NCBI GenBank assembly: GCA_028715115.1
Contig: JAQUSN010000002.1
Span: 210,816-274,815, forward strand
DNA length: 64,000 bases
Source of the DNA: Patescibacteria group bacterium
Lineage (GTDB): Bacteria > Patescibacteriota > Patescibacteriia > UBA2591 > UBA4787
Direction: 5' to 3'
Below are positions 1 to 10,217 of the stretch, piece by piece. The position numbers were made by a program, and so were the translations under genes. The notes under the pieces are model-generated. The model saw only the letters and a list, made by a program, of their open reading frames with translations, made no database searches and was not told the origin of the DNA. Within the stretch, counting starts at the first letter, position 1. Every line of letters starts with the position of its first letter.

Positions 1-1228
1 GAGCATTTAAGACGATGCTGTCAGAAATATTATGCAACTTGGCCACCCAAATCGGTAGGGACCCCAACATTAAAATTAAAATCGAAACCGTGGCCCAAGA
101 AATTGACCCTTCAAACTGACTAAAGAAAGGTAAAATCTTTTTTTGCCACGGCATTTTTTTGTTTTTACCAAAATTTTCTATCATCCATGGAACATTTTCT
201 ATCCCATATCCCCAACGTCTCATTTGTTTGTATTGGCTAACCATGGATTTCCAAAAACTTCCACTATAAACCGTATCCATCGAAACCGGCATGTACAAAG
301 GAACAACTTTATAATTACCATTATAATAATTTAAACACATCAAAGAAGTTCTTGAATCTTCGCTGACCATATCCTTGGGCCAAAAGCCAACATCAACCAG
401 CGCTTTAAACGGCATACTGTGAGATGCAAAAGTAAAATTGATATTTGGTTTTGCTAATTCAGTAAAAAGCCAAAAGGTCGTTCCGCGCGCTACCACCCTG
501 GTTAATGCCGGTGAATCCCAGATATTGTTATTATAAATAGCGATAGGCTGATAACTGGTGTGCGTCGGATCTGGATCGGTCAAATACCGATAAGTTAAAT
601 AACTAAAATATTCTTTGTGCACTGATGTGTCAACGTCAAAACAGGAAACGATAATATTCTCATATGGAATTCCAATTTCATCAATTATTTTTTTAACCTG
701 ATGACCGGCCCAATTAGTATTCGAACCCTTGCCCGGTATTTCATCGGGCAAGTCTTTTGGATGTGTAGTAATCAATAATTTAAAAAACTTATCGCCATAT
801 TTTTCGCCAATAGCCTTGGCTACCGGTTCGAAAATATGTTTTTTCCTTTCTTCGCCGGTTAAAACGACTATGAATTTTTCCTTAGGATAATTAGTCTTTA
901 AGAGTGATTCAAAGCCTTGTTTAACCACATCAAGACCTTCAACACTAGATGGCAGCATTATCAAATGATAAATCTTCTCCCAACCGGGCAATTCCAGGGT
1001 TAATTTATCAAACCAATTTATCTTAGTGGTTATTTTAAATCGATGCCAAGAAATTAATAAGAATATCAACAAATATATAATCCTTAAAACCCAATATAAA
1101 TCATAAATAATAATCCAATATATTGCCCAGATGGGCTTTACAAATGAAAGAATAATGGCTCCCAAGAAAATAAACCAAATAACAAAGCCGGGGATCATTT
1201 CGTAAAATCTATATCGAGCTGTTTTCAT
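1..1228 (-). CDS. Membrane glycosyltransferase family 2 protein (3' end outside window)
   Basis: Not in ORF track. Manual translation from ATG at 1228: MKTARYRFYEMIPGFVIW...GKGSNTNW...SCFDVD...VSEDSR...QMRRW (GT2 D, DxD, ED and QxxRW motifs). ATGA overlap with the polX stop. Confidence 0.8.
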   Translation of the reverse strand, partial: MKTARYRFYEMIPGFVIWFIFLGAIILSFVKPIWAIYWIIIYDLYWVLRIIYLLIFLLISWHRFKITTKINWFDKLTLELPGWEKIYHLIMLPSSVEGLDVVKQGFESLLKTNYPKEKFIVVLTGEERKKHIFEPVAKAIGEKYGDKFFKLLITTHPKDLPDEIPGKGSNTNWAGHQVKKIIDEIGIPYENIIVSCFDVDTSVHKEYFSYLTYRYLTDPDPTHTSYQPIAIYNNNIWDSPALTRVVARGTTFWLFTELAKPNINFTFASHSMPFKALVDVGFWPKDMVSEDSRTSLMCLNYYNGNYKVVPLYMPVSMDTVYSGSFWKSMVSQYKQMRRWGYGIENVPWMIENFGKNKKMPWQKKILPFFSQFEGSISWATVSILILMLGSLPIWVAKLHNISDSIVLNA

Positions 1229-2934
1229 TTTAGGGATTTTAATAAATTATTTAATGACATTGAATTAACGACGTCTTTTTTCTCTATCCAGCCGCGGCGC
1301 GCTATGGCTACGCCAAATTTTATGTTTTGTAATTCAGATATATAATGCGAATCAGTAGAGATGGCAAATTTAACGCCAAAGCTTTTGGCCGTGCGAGCGT
1401 TTACATCGTTTAAATCTAACCTATTCCACTGTGAATTAATTTCTAAAATAGTTTTATTTTTTTTCGCTTCACGATAAATTTCTTCCAAATCTACATTAAT
1501 CGGTTCGCGCCGATTAATTAACCTCGTGGTAGGATGAGCAATAATATCGACGTTAACGTTTCTGACAGCATTAACAATTCTCTTCGTCATTTCCGCCCTT
1601 GGTTGTTTAAAATAACTGTGCACCGAAGCCACAACTACGTCTAGCATAGACAAAACCTTATCAGGCAAACTCAATGATCCATCTTTGTGAATGTCAATTT
1701 CAATTCCCGATAAAATTTTAAAATCTTTGAGAGACTTATTCGCTTTTTTTATTTCTTTCAATTGCTTTATCACTCTGTCTGCCGTTAAACCGTGCGTAAT
1801 GCCTATGGTCGCATCATGATCGGTGATGGCAATATATTTATAACCAAATTTTTTGGCCGCTTGCGCCATCTCTAAAATAGTTTGCGCTCCCTCTGACCAA
1901 ATTGAATGAACATGTAAATCTCCTTTAATATCTTTTTGAGTTATTAATTTTGGCAAAGCGCTTTTTCTGGCCGCTTCGATTTCACCGGTATTTTCCCTTA
2001 TTTCCGGAGGAATCCAGGGTAAATCAATGGCCTTAAAAACATCCATTTCTTCGCGACCGCCAATTTTTCGCCCCCCGCGTTTATAAATTCCATATTCGTT
2101 AATTTTTAAGCCCTTACTAATACCAATTTTTCTAGTAGCAATATTATGAGCTTTTGAACCGGTAAAATAATATAATGCCGCGCCGAACGAATCTGGCTCG
2201 ACCACCCTAAGGTCTGCTTCCAATCCTCTCTTTAAAAAAACATTGGCCTTGGTTGGTCCGGAAGAGAGAATGTTTTTGACTTCCGGCAATTGGCAAAAGA
2301 AGTTGATGGCCTGCTGTGGCCTTTTGCTGGTAGCCAAAAAATCTAAATCGCCCACCGTTTCTTTGCTGCGCCGAAAACTGCCGGCGATTTCTGCCCTATC
2401 GATAATGTAATTTTTTTTAAGTTCATGAAGTATTTTTTGAACTAAATCATCAACTTGGCCTAAGGGTAATCGCTGGGAAAATTTTTCATACAGACCCAAG
2501 CCCTCTTTTATATTATTGACTGTTTTCTCGCCCCAGCCCCTTTGGCTTTCCAATTTATGACTATTTAATAACTTTTTAAGGTCAGATATAGATTTAACTT
2601 TGAATTTTTTATAAATGAATTTTACTTTTTTGGGGCCAAGTCCGTTTATTCGCAACAGCTCAACTAAACCGCGCGGCAGGCTGTTTATAATTCTATCCAG
2701 TTCCACTGAATGGCCTTTTGTAATTAAATCTTTAATATGTTGAGCGATTTTTTCGCCGATCCCGGGAATTTCTTTTAATTTATCGTCTTGATAAATATCT
2801 TTGATGTCTTGTGGTAAAGATTCGATAGATAAAGCAGCTTGCCGATAAGCATTAGCTCTAAAAGGATTAGCGTTTTTTAATTCTAAAACGTCGGCAATTT
2901 CATTAAAAATTTTTGCTATTTCAATATTGTCCAT
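1225..2934 (-). CDS. polX: DNA polymerase X / PHP 3'-5' exonuclease
   Basis: GSFRR...GDLD nucleotidyltransferase motif, YFTGSK, and PHP domain (DLHVHS, ITDH, AHPT, STDSH). Confidence 0.95.
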   Translation of the reverse strand: MDNIEIAKIFNEIADVLELKNANPFRANAYRQAALSIESLPQDIKDIYQDDKLKEIPGIGEKIAQHIKDLITKGHSVELDRIINSLPRGLVELLRINGLGPKKVKFIYKKFKVKSISDLKKLLNSHKLESQRGWGEKTVNNIKEGLGLYEKFSQRLPLGQVDDLVQKILHELKKNYIIDRAEIAGSFRRSKETVGDLDFLATSKRPQQAINFFCQLPEVKNILSSGPTKANVFLKRGLEADLRVVEPDSFGAALYYFTGSKAHNIATRKIGISKGLKINEYGIYKRGGRKIGGREEMDVFKAIDLPWIPPEIRENTGEIEAARKSALPKLITQKDIKGDLHVHSIWSEGAQTILEMAQAAKKFGYKYIAITDHDATIGITHGLTADRVIKQLKEIKKANKSLKDFKILSGIEIDIHKDGSLSLPDKVLSMLDVVVASVHSYFKQPRAEMTKRIVNAVRNVNVDIIAHPTTRLINRREPINVDLEEIYREAKKNKTILEINSQWNRLDLNDVNARTAKSFGVKFAISTDSHYISELQNIKFGVAIARRGWIEKKDVVNSMSLNNLLKSLK

Positions 2935-3030
2935 AGTAATACGTTCTATTATACATAGAAACTACTTATATAACAAGTTTGTTTTAATTATAATTCATCA
3001 TTATTAAGCATTTCTTGAAGATGCGAGAGG

Positions 3031-3073
3031 TTGACAAAAATTAATAAAATGATAATATATATTTATCTGGAGG
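3031..3073 (+). promoter_or_regulatory. Sigma70-type promoter plus SD
   Basis: TTGACA at 3031, TGn-TAATAT at 3053, GGAGG at 3069. Confidence 0.7.
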
Positions 3074-3080
3074 TTGAAGA

Positions 3081-3194
3081 ATGAACAGAAAGATGAGTCC
3101 CTTGGAGTTTCTCGCGGAGATTCTTGACACCATCAGAAACGTGATCGTTTTGGCTATAACAGCAGCTGGACTACTCTTCAATGTGGGCTGTTAG
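3081..3194 (+). CDS. Small 37-aa hydrophobic protein
   Basis: MNRKMSPLEFLAEILDTIRNVIVLAITAAGLLFNVGC, with own promoter, SD and terminator. Confidence 0.6.
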   Translation: MNRKMSPLEFLAEILDTIRNVIVLAITAAGLLFNVGC

Positions 3195-3204
3195 TCCAGG
3201 CCAA

Positions 3205-3237
3205 AGGGCGGGTGTTCTCAACCCGCCCTGTTGTTTT
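3205..3237 (+). terminator. Intrinsic terminator
   Basis: AGGGCGGGT-loop-ACCCGCCCT followed by T-rich tract. Confidence 0.7.
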
Positions 3238-3287
3238 ATCTAAATATAAAAAGGCCTCTTCGTATGGCCTCTTTATATAGAAACAAC

Positions 3288-5948
3288 TTACTTAGATGTA
3301 TGCTCTATTTTTAATTTTCTTTTAACCACCGCCTGCGCCGCGGCAATTCTGGCAATCGGTACGCGATATGGAGAACAGCTGACATAATTCATACCTGCTT
3401 CATAACAAAACCCTATGCTAGCTGAATCGCCCCCATGCTCGCCACAAATTCCAATTTTTAAACCTTTCTTTACGCTTCGTCCCTTATTAATGCCAATTTT
3501 TACCAATTGCCCTATTCCCTCCTGATCTAAAGATTGAAACGGATCGGCTGCAATAATTTTTTTATTTAAATAAACCTTTATAAACTTACCTGAATCGTCG
3601 CGTGAAAAACCCATCCCCATTTGCGTTAAATCATTAGTACCAAAAGAGAAAAAATCCGCTTCTTGGGCAATTTGATCGGCTGTTACCGCGGCTCGCGGGA
3701 CTTCAATCATGGTGCCAACCAAATATTCAATCTTAGTTTTATATTGCTTCATAACTTCGGCGGCGATTTTTTTAACCACGTCTTTTTGATTTTTAAGCTC
3801 GTTAACATTACCGACCAATGGAATCATTATTTCCGGAACAACCTTAATATTTTCTTTTTTTAATTCACAGGCTGCAGAAATAATAGCCCGAACTTGCATC
3901 TCGGTAATTTCCGGGTAGGTGATGCCGAGCCGGCAGCCGCGATGACCAAGCATCGGATTAAATTCGTGAAGCTCTTGCGCCTTTGCCCAAATCTTTTCTT
4001 CGGAAATTTTTATTTTTTCCGATAACTCTTTGGCTTCTTTTTGATCCTTTGGCAAAAATTCATGAAGCGGCGGATCAAGGGTGCGAACCGTCACCGGATA
4101 ACCTCTCATCTCTTTGAATAATTCCTTGAAATCTTCTTTTTGAAATGGCAATAATTTATTTAAAGCCGCTCGTCTGGTTTCTTCGGTATCGGCAATAATC
4201 ATCTCCTGTATGTACGGCAGTCTATCTTTGTCAAAAAACATATGTTCGGTTCGGCAGAGCCCAATGCCTTCAGCGCCAAATATTCGCGCCATTTTAGCAT
4301 CGCGCGGCATATCGGCATTGGCTCGTACCTTTAATTGCTTAATTTCATCAACCCATTTCATTAATTGACCAAATTCTCCGCTTAAAGTTGGTTGCACAGT
4401 AGCCACTTTTCCCAAAATAATTTGACCGGTATTGCCATCAAGCGTCAGCCAATCACCTTCATTAACGATATTTTTACCTAAATGAAATTTTTTATTTTTT
4501 TCATCGACTTTCAGTTCTTCACAACCCACCACGCAACAACGGCCCATGCCCCTGGCCACTACGGCCGCATGACTGGTCATACCGCCTCTGGCGGTTAACA
4601 CTCCTTGCGCCACTTCCATACCGTGAATATCATCGGGGCAAGTTTCGGTACGCACCAAAATTACCGGTTTATCTACGCCTAAGGCTGTTGCCTCTTCGGA
4701 ACTAAACACAACATGACCGACTGCCGCCCCTGGTGAAGCCGGCAAACCTCGTCCAATAGCTTGCGATTTAATTTTTGGATCTAAGATTGGATGTAATAAT
4801 TGATTAATTTGCTCCGGCTCAACGCGTAAAATAGCCACCTCTTTGGAAATCATTTTTTCTTTTACCATATCAACGGCATTTTTTATGGCCGCTCGCGCTG
4901 TTCTTTTACCAGTACGAGTTTGTAGAATATACAGTTTATTTTTTTCTACCGTAAATTCAAAGTCCTGCACGTCTTTATAATGTTTTTCTAAACGCTTAGT
5001 AATTGTTTTTAGTTGCCTATATACCAGCGGCATATCTTTGGCTAAACTGGCGATTGGCTGTGGCGTTCTAACTCCCGCCACCACATCTTCGCCCTGGGCA
5101 TTAATTAAATATTCTCCATAAAATTGATTTTCGCCCGTAGCCGGATTTCTTGTAAAACCGACGCCGGTTGCGCAATCGTTGCCCATATTTCCAAAAACCA
5201 TAACCTGAATATTAACGGCCGTTCCTAAATCATCGGATATTTTATTTAAACGGCGATAAGTCTGCGCCCGAGGATTGTTCCAACTTTTAAATACGGCATC
5301 GCGCGCCATTTTTAATTGCTGATACGCATCGACCGGTAAATCATGTTTAGTAATTTCTCTGATTAATTTTTTATACTGACTGATTATCTCTTTTAAATCA
5401 TCTTCCCTTAAATCAAAGTCGTATTTAATATTCCTTTTTTCTTTTATTTCTGTAAGGATTTCTTCGAATTGTTCTTTGGCTATTCCCAAAACCACATTAC
5501 CGAACATTTGAATAAACCGGCGATAAGTATCATAAACAAATCGAGGATTTTTCGTGGTTTTGATTAGATTTACCACATTCTCATCATTCAAACCCAAATT
5601 CAAAATCGTATCCATCATGCCGGGCATAGAAAATCTAGCGCCACTGCGGACTGAAACCAATAACGGGTTTTTACTATCGCCTAATTTTTTATTAACGCTT
5701 TTTTCTATTTTTTTAAGCGCAGATTTTATTTGTTTGTCCAGTTCAGATGGTAATTTATTATTATGATCATAAAAATAATTACAAACCTCGGTAGTAATCG
5801 TAAAACCAGGCGGCACCGGTACTCCAGCCTTGGCCATATCAGCTAACCCCGCGCCCTTGCCTCCCAACGTGTCTTTCATTGTTATATTACCTTCAGTTTC
5901 ACGATCGCCAAAATAATAAACCAATTTCTGCGTTCTTTTTTTTGCCAT
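3288..5948 (-). CDS. ppdK: Pyruvate, phosphate dikinase
   Basis: LGGKG, SVRSGARFSMPGMMDT, GGMTSHAAVVARG (phospho-His), GLCRTEHMF, SFGTNDLTQ. Confidence 0.98.
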   Translation of the reverse strand: MAKKRTQKLVYYFGDRETEGNITMKDTLGGKGAGLADMAKAGVPVPPGFTITTEVCNYFYDHNNKLPSELDKQIKSALKKIEKSVNKKLGDSKNPLLVSVRSGARFSMPGMMDTILNLGLNDENVVNLIKTTKNPRFVYDTYRRFIQMFGNVVLGIAKEQFEEILTEIKEKRNIKYDFDLREDDLKEIISQYKKLIREITKHDLPVDAYQQLKMARDAVFKSWNNPRAQTYRRLNKISDDLGTAVNIQVMVFGNMGNDCATGVGFTRNPATGENQFYGEYLINAQGEDVVAGVRTPQPIASLAKDMPLVYRQLKTITKRLEKHYKDVQDFEFTVEKNKLYILQTRTGKRTARAAIKNAVDMVKEKMISKEVAILRVEPEQINQLLHPILDPKIKSQAIGRGLPASPGAAVGHVVFSSEEATALGVDKPVILVRTETCPDDIHGMEVAQGVLTARGGMTSHAAVVARGMGRCCVVGCEELKVDEKNKKFHLGKNIVNEGDWLTLDGNTGQIILGKVATVQPTLSGEFGQLMKWVDEIKQLKVRANADMPRDAKMARIFGAEGIGLCRTEHMFFDKDRLPYIQEMIIADTEETRRAALNKLLPFQKEDFKELFKEMRGYPVTVRTLDPPLHEFLPKDQKEAKELSEKIKISEEKIWAKAQELHEFNPMLGHRGCRLGITYPEITEMQVRAIISAACELKKENIKVVPEIMIPLVGNVNELKNQKDVVKKIAAEVMKQYKTKIEYLVGTMIEVPRAAVTADQIAQEADFFSFGTNDLTQMGMGFSRDDSGKFIKVYLNKKIIAADPFQSLDQEGIGQLVKIGINKGRSVKKGLKIGICGEHGGDSASIGFCYEAGMNYVSCSPYRVPIARIAAAQAVVKRKLKIEHTSK

Positions 5949-5963
5949 TTTATAATATATTAC

Positions 5964-6182
5964 TTAATTAATTTCTATAATTTTACTTTTAGTTTTATGA
6001 CCGATTGCAATAGATATCCTTGATGCTGGAATTTTAAAATATTCGCTTAATAATTTTATAACCGCTTGATTGGCTTTGCCTTGTTTAGCCGGCGCATTGG
6101 TAAAAACCACATATTCGCATTCGCCTATTTTCATAACTTCATTTTTTTTCACGCCGGGCTTAACTTTTACCAGTATTTTCAT
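5964..6182 (-). CDS. DUF167 (YggU) family protein
   Basis: VKVKPG...APAKQGKANQAVIKLLSEYF...GHKTKSK. Confidence 0.9.
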   Translation of the reverse strand: MKILVKVKPGVKKNEVMKIGECEYVVFTNAPAKQGKANQAVIKLLSEYFKIPASRISIAIGHKTKSKIIEIN

Positions 6183-6259
6183 AATCCTAATAAAATAAAA
6201 ATATATTTTAGTATATATTCCATACTTGTCAATATAATTTTAGAAACGCGCCTCCATTC

Positions 6260-6550
6260 TTAGTGGCGTTTGCTTCGCGGCCGAAATTGTGGATGATGTT
6301 TGTGCCTCCTTTCATGATGACCATTACCATTGTCGCCAGCAATCGTGACCCACCAGATTTTACACTCAGCGCAGCTTCGTGTAATTACAACCTGGTGATT
6401 AACACGAACTACCGATTGACACTCGACTCCCGTGTTGAAGCAACGCGGGCAAAGCTTACTGTCTCTTCTGCCGGCATTGGCATATCCCTTATTCGGGAGT
6501 CCTGTATGCGTACACACCACTTCTGCAATATCTATGTAGAGTGTAGCCAT
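6260..6550 (-). CDS. Hypothetical protein with CxxC pairs and His-rich tail
   Basis: CPRC and CAEC motifs; own TTGACA/TATAAT promoter upstream; GC-richer than flanks. Confidence 0.6.
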   Translation of the reverse strand: MATLYIDIAEVVCTHTGLPNKGYANAGRRDSKLCPRCFNTGVECQSVVRVNHQVVITRSCAECKIWWVTIAGDNGNGHHERRHKHHPQFRPRSKRH

Positions 6551-6628
6551 AGTTATTTTATATTATATAAAATAAAAAATGTCAACAAATACTTGTTAAC
6601 ATTTAAGGTTAAAATAAATATATATTAA

Positions 6629-7105
6629 TCAGTGATATTTATTTGAAATCTTATCAATCAATCGCGTCGTGGAATAGGTTGATTTTTTAATCTCCGAAAA
6701 TTTTAAAAGCTTCCAAGGACCACGGCCATATTCTTTCGGGCTTTTAGCTTCATCGACGGTCATGGCCACATAATCCGGTTTTAAAAATCTTAATAGCGCC
6801 ACTGATTCGGCTTTTGAATTTGATTTATCGGCAAAAGTATAATCAACGCCCTTTATACTATCAATCACTAATGTTCTGTCTTTTTGATTATTAATTGGCC
6901 TGCTTGATCCTTTTTTAAACTTGGTAAGCTTATCAGATTGCGTTAAAATAATTATTACCTCGGCTCTCTTTCTCAACATCTTAATTAAATATAGATAACC
7001 CGGATGCACGATATCAAAGACGCCCTTCTTTATCAAAACCTTTTGGCCGCGAGATTGGTAACGACTAATAATCTTTTTTAATTTTGATTTATTATTGATA
7101 ATCAT
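6629..7105 (-). CDS. Cytidylyl/adenylyltransferase-like protein (RfaE domain II-like)
   Basis: GVFDIVHPGY, SDK...KGSSRPI, IKGVDY, STTRLI. Confidence 0.8.
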   Translation of the reverse strand: MIINNKSKLKKIISRYQSRGQKVLIKKGVFDIVHPGYLYLIKMLRKRAEVIIILTQSDKLTKFKKGSSRPINNQKDRTLVIDSIKGVDYTFADKSNSKAESVALLRFLKPDYVAMTVDEAKSPKEYGRGPWKLLKFSEIKKSTYSTTRLIDKISNKYH

Positions 7106-7160
7106 TTATTTAGTATAGCATTCTTTGACAAATTTGTAAAAAGCGCTAAAGTATAAATCT

Positions 7161-7778
7161 ATGATCGCTACTCTTATAACTTTTTTAGCCAATATCATTA
7201 TCCAGGTCATTAGCTCAATCGGTTATGCCGGCATATATTTATTAATGCTGCTCGAAAGCTGCGGATTTTTAATTCCTTCCGAAATAATTATGCCCTTCTC
7301 GGGGTTTTTAGTGGCGACGGGGAAATTAAATTTTTGGTTAGTTATTTTTTTGGGAACATTGGGCAATCTTTCCGGTTCGCTTCTCGCCTACTGGATTAGT
7401 ATTAAGGGTGGACGGCCCTTAGTTGAAAAATTTGGTAAATATATATTAATTTCAAAACACGACCTAGATGTAGCTGACAATTGGTTTAAAAAACGCGGCA
7501 AATTAACCGTCTTTATAGGCCGCTGCCTGCCGATTGTTAGAACATACATCTCTTTTCCTGCCGGAGTGGCAAAAATGAATGTTTTTCAGTTTTCGTTCTA
7601 TACCTTTATCGGCGCAGCTTTATGGTCAATTTTATTTACTTGGTTAGGCGTTAAATTGCAAAATAATTGGGAATTAATTAACGTAAAGCTACATGAGTTT
7701 AATCTGATTATTGCGATTTTGGTAGTGCTTTTTATCGCCCTTTATATTTGGCGGCACATCAAACATAATAAATCTTAA
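7161..7778 (+). CDS. dedA: DedA family membrane protein
   Basis: LES...PSEIIMPFSG and FIGRCLPIVRTYISFPAG. Confidence 0.92.
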   Translation: MIATLITFLANIIIQVISSIGYAGIYLLMLLESCGFLIPSEIIMPFSGFLVATGKLNFWLVIFLGTLGNLSGSLLAYWISIKGGRPLVEKFGKYILISKHDLDVADNWFKKRGKLTVFIGRCLPIVRTYISFPAGVAKMNVFQFSFYTFIGAALWSILFTWLGVKLQNNWELINVKLHEFNLIIAILVVLFIALYIWRHIKHNKS

Positions 7779-7784
7779 TAATAA

Positions 7785-7816
7785 AAAAATATGGACTGAA
7801 ATTAGTCCATATTTTT
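7785..7816. terminator. Bidirectional terminator
   Basis: AAAAATATGGACT...AGTCCATATTTTT between convergent genes. Confidence 0.75.
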
Positions 7817-7833
7817 ATTTTACCTTAAATTTT

Positions 7834-8610
7834 TTATAGATTCAAAATAAAGATCGCGAAGATTGTGGCGATTAAAATGCGATATATTCCGAAAGCTATA
7901 AAATTATTTTTTTGAATAAAACTTAATAAAAACTTTATACTGACAACGGCCACGACAAACGAAACAATAAAGCCTATTAATAAATACCAGATTTGATCGA
8001 CCAAAAACGCATTCGCGCTTTTATACAGATCCAGGCCTGTCGCAGCCAGCATGGTCGGCACAGCCAATAAAAACGAAAATTCGACAATGGTTTTTCGTTT
8101 TAATCCCATGCCTAGGCCGCCGATAATTGTCGCGGCAGAACGGGAAACGCCGGGGATAATAGCGATTGATTGGCAAATACCCAAGGCTATCGCCTGCTTA
8201 TTAGAAATTTTTTCAATATCTTCAGTCGCTCCTTGTTTTTCGCGATACAAAAATTCGAAAATGATAATAAATATACCACCAATAAAGAGCGCTAAAACAA
8301 CTACCAAATTATTGCCTAATAAAAATTGCTTAACGATCTTATAAAAAATTAAGCCGATAATCGCCGTGGGAATAAAAGCGATAATGATTTTTTTGAGTAC
8401 CTGCCAGTTTAATAAAAATTTCTTCCAATACAGCACGACTACGGCCAAAATTGCTCCCAATTGAATGATAATTTCAAAGCTTTTAATGAAATCTGGCTGG
8501 CTAATTTTTAAGATATATGAAGCTAAAATCAAATGACCGGTTGATGAAATCGGCAAAAATTCAGTTAGACCTTCAATAAGACCCAAAATGATTGAATGAA
8601 ATAAATTCAT
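7834..8610 (-). CDS. uppP: Undecaprenyl-diphosphate phosphatase
   Basis: EGLTEFLPISSTGH, IQLGAILAV, PGVSRS. Confidence 0.96.
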   Translation of the reverse strand: MNLFHSIILGLIEGLTEFLPISSTGHLILASYILKISQPDFIKSFEIIIQLGAILAVVVLYWKKFLLNWQVLKKIIIAFIPTAIIGLIFYKIVKQFLLGNNLVVVLALFIGGIFIIIFEFLYREKQGATEDIEKISNKQAIALGICQSIAIIPGVSRSAATIIGGLGMGLKRKTIVEFSFLLAVPTMLAATGLDLYKSANAFLVDQIWYLLIGFIVSFVVAVVSIKFLLSFIQKNNFIAFGIYRILIATIFAIFILNL

Positions 8611-8720
8611 ATATAATTAGGTTATCGAGATTATTAAAATTGTCAACTAATATTGACATAAGCGCATAAAATAATATAATTAATATGCCGTATCATTCAC
8701 CGCAAGCAAGAAAAGGAGCA

Positions 8721-8954
8721 ATGATGTCTGTAACGGCCAAGGCGACCGTTTTTAAGCGCAGAGATACGTCGGTTATGACCGGCTGGCCAACTCGCGTCGT
8801 GAGACTTAAGGAGGACGAAACGCCACACGACCAGTCCCTGCACTTGGCGCATATCTGCGAATGCGACGCAGATGACCAGGCCAGAAAAGACGTTCTCTCC
8901 TTCTGGCTGCCCGAAAAATCCCTAAGAGAACACTACGAACCCGTGGAGGTGTAA
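8721..8954 (+). CDS. Hypothetical small protein in GC-rich unit
   Basis: TTGACA at 8653, TATAAT at 8675, AAGGAG SD before ATGATG, hairpin at 8971-9000. Confidence 0.6.
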   Translation: MMSVTAKATVFKRRDTSVMTGWPTRVVRLKEDETPHDQSLHLAHICECDADDQARKDVLSFWLPEKSLREHYEPVEV

Positions 8955-8970
8955 ATGCGACCCAGCAACA

Positions 8971-9007
8971 AGGGCCCTGACCGATAAGTCAGGGCCCCTT
9001 ATTTTTA
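8971..9007. terminator. Intrinsic terminator
   Basis: GGGCCCTGAC...GTCAGGGCCC plus T tract. Confidence 0.75.
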
Positions 9008-9025
9008 TTCTCTTATAAATTAAGT

Positions 9026-9652
9026 CTACTTAGTAAATAATTTTACCAACCAGCCAAATAAGCTAAATTTATTTTCTTGAGTTTTAACAAAATTATTAAG
9101 TTGCGTTTGTTCTTGCTCTAAAGTATTAATCTGCTCCTGAATGGTTGTTTTAGTAGCGGTTGAATTAGTACTGTCTATTAGTCTATTTAGTTGATCTAAC
9201 CTATTTCTAGTCTGAACAATATCACTCCTTAAGGCGCCAAGATTTTTATAATCACTACCGATTAAAAATGTTTTTATTTTATTCCTATCTTGAATTTTCT
9301 TAATAGTCGCAGCAGTAGAAGTGACTGAATCGCTTTGCTGCTGTGCGATAATCCTAACCTGCTGACCAATTCCCCCGTTTCTATCGGCGGTTTGTAAAAG
9401 ATTTTGGACAAAATTTGCCACTGCGCTTCTGTGGGCTTCGGCCGTAATTTGCCCATTGTTTACCACAGGCACAGTCGGAGTGGCTGAGGTTGTCGGGATG
9501 GCGCTTCCTGAATTATTAAAAGTCTTTGGATTAATTTTACCCGCGTTATTATTCTGATTTTGCGATACGGCAAAACTTATATTAGATACCGAGAAGAAAA
9601 CAAAAAACGCCGCTAAAATTAATAGAATCGGTAGTTTTCTTACTTTATTCAT
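9026..9652 (-). CDS. Secreted coiled-coil hypothetical protein, paralog of 25108..25740
   Basis: Signal peptide; shares HxSxVxNFVQxLL, IKTFLxGSDYKNLGALRS and KFSLFGWL with the paralog. Confidence 0.8.
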   Translation of the reverse strand: MNKVRKLPILLILAAFFVFFSVSNISFAVSQNQNNNAGKINPKTFNNSGSAIPTTSATPTVPVVNNGQITAEAHRSAVANFVQNLLQTADRNGGIGQQVRIIAQQQSDSVTSTAATIKKIQDRNKIKTFLIGSDYKNLGALRSDIVQTRNRLDQLNRLIDSTNSTATKTTIQEQINTLEQEQTQLNNFVKTQENKFSLFGWLVKLFTK

Positions 9653-9867
9653 ATGATTTTTATTACAAATTAACTATATATATTATATAATAAAAATAAA
9701 TACAATGTAAGATATCAAAAGTGGATAAAATTTCATTGATTTTTAAATAATTTATCCCTCCCAGGCAGGGGGATGCTTTCTTACATTCCCGCCTTCATTT
9801 TTAATTGCTATGTTGACAAAAGGGTAAAAATATGCTATATTTATATCATAACCAAGGAGGCCTATAA

Positions 9868-10044
9868 ATGTTCGGATTCGGAAGCATCGGCGAATTGCTC
9901 AATGACCCCGCTGGTCCGATCTACTGCGGATTCATCCTGCTGGGTATAACGGTGATACTGGCAATCCCGGGACTGTTCATAGCGGCAATGCTGGACACAA
10001 GACGGGCGAAGAAAGAAGAAGAGGCAAAGGGTAGAGCCTCTTAA
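9868..10044 (+). CDS. Small 58-aa single-pass membrane protein
   Basis: Not in ORF track. TTGACA-17-TATATT at 9813, AAGGAGG SD. MFGFGSIGELLNDPAGPIYCGFILLGITVILAIPGLFIAAMLDTRRAKKEEEAKGRAS. Confidence 0.7.
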   Translation: MFGFGSIGELLNDPAGPIYCGFILLGITVILAIPGLFIAAMLDTRRAKKEEEAKGRAS

Positions 10045-10132
10045 ACCAACCACGGAGGACTTGTTCTAGGTCCACCTCAACAGGTCGGTTCTGTAAAGGA
10101 GCCACTCGTAGGTGGGCCTTTGCTTTTATACA

Positions 10133-10198
10133 AAAAGACGAGATTGTTCTCGCCTTGTTTTTTATATAAAAAGACGAGTGTTCTTGCTCGTCTTTTTA
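10133..10198. terminator. Tandem terminator hairpins
   Basis: AAAAGACGAGATTGTTCTCGCC and AAAAAGACGAG...CTCGTCTTTTT. Confidence 0.65.
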
Positions 10199-10217
10199 TA
10201 TCTTTAAAATCTCTCTA

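Noticed and set aside
9862-10053. Track ORF on the minus strand (63 aa)
   Set aside because: The opposite-strand 58-aa ORF has promoter, SD and terminator and is preferred
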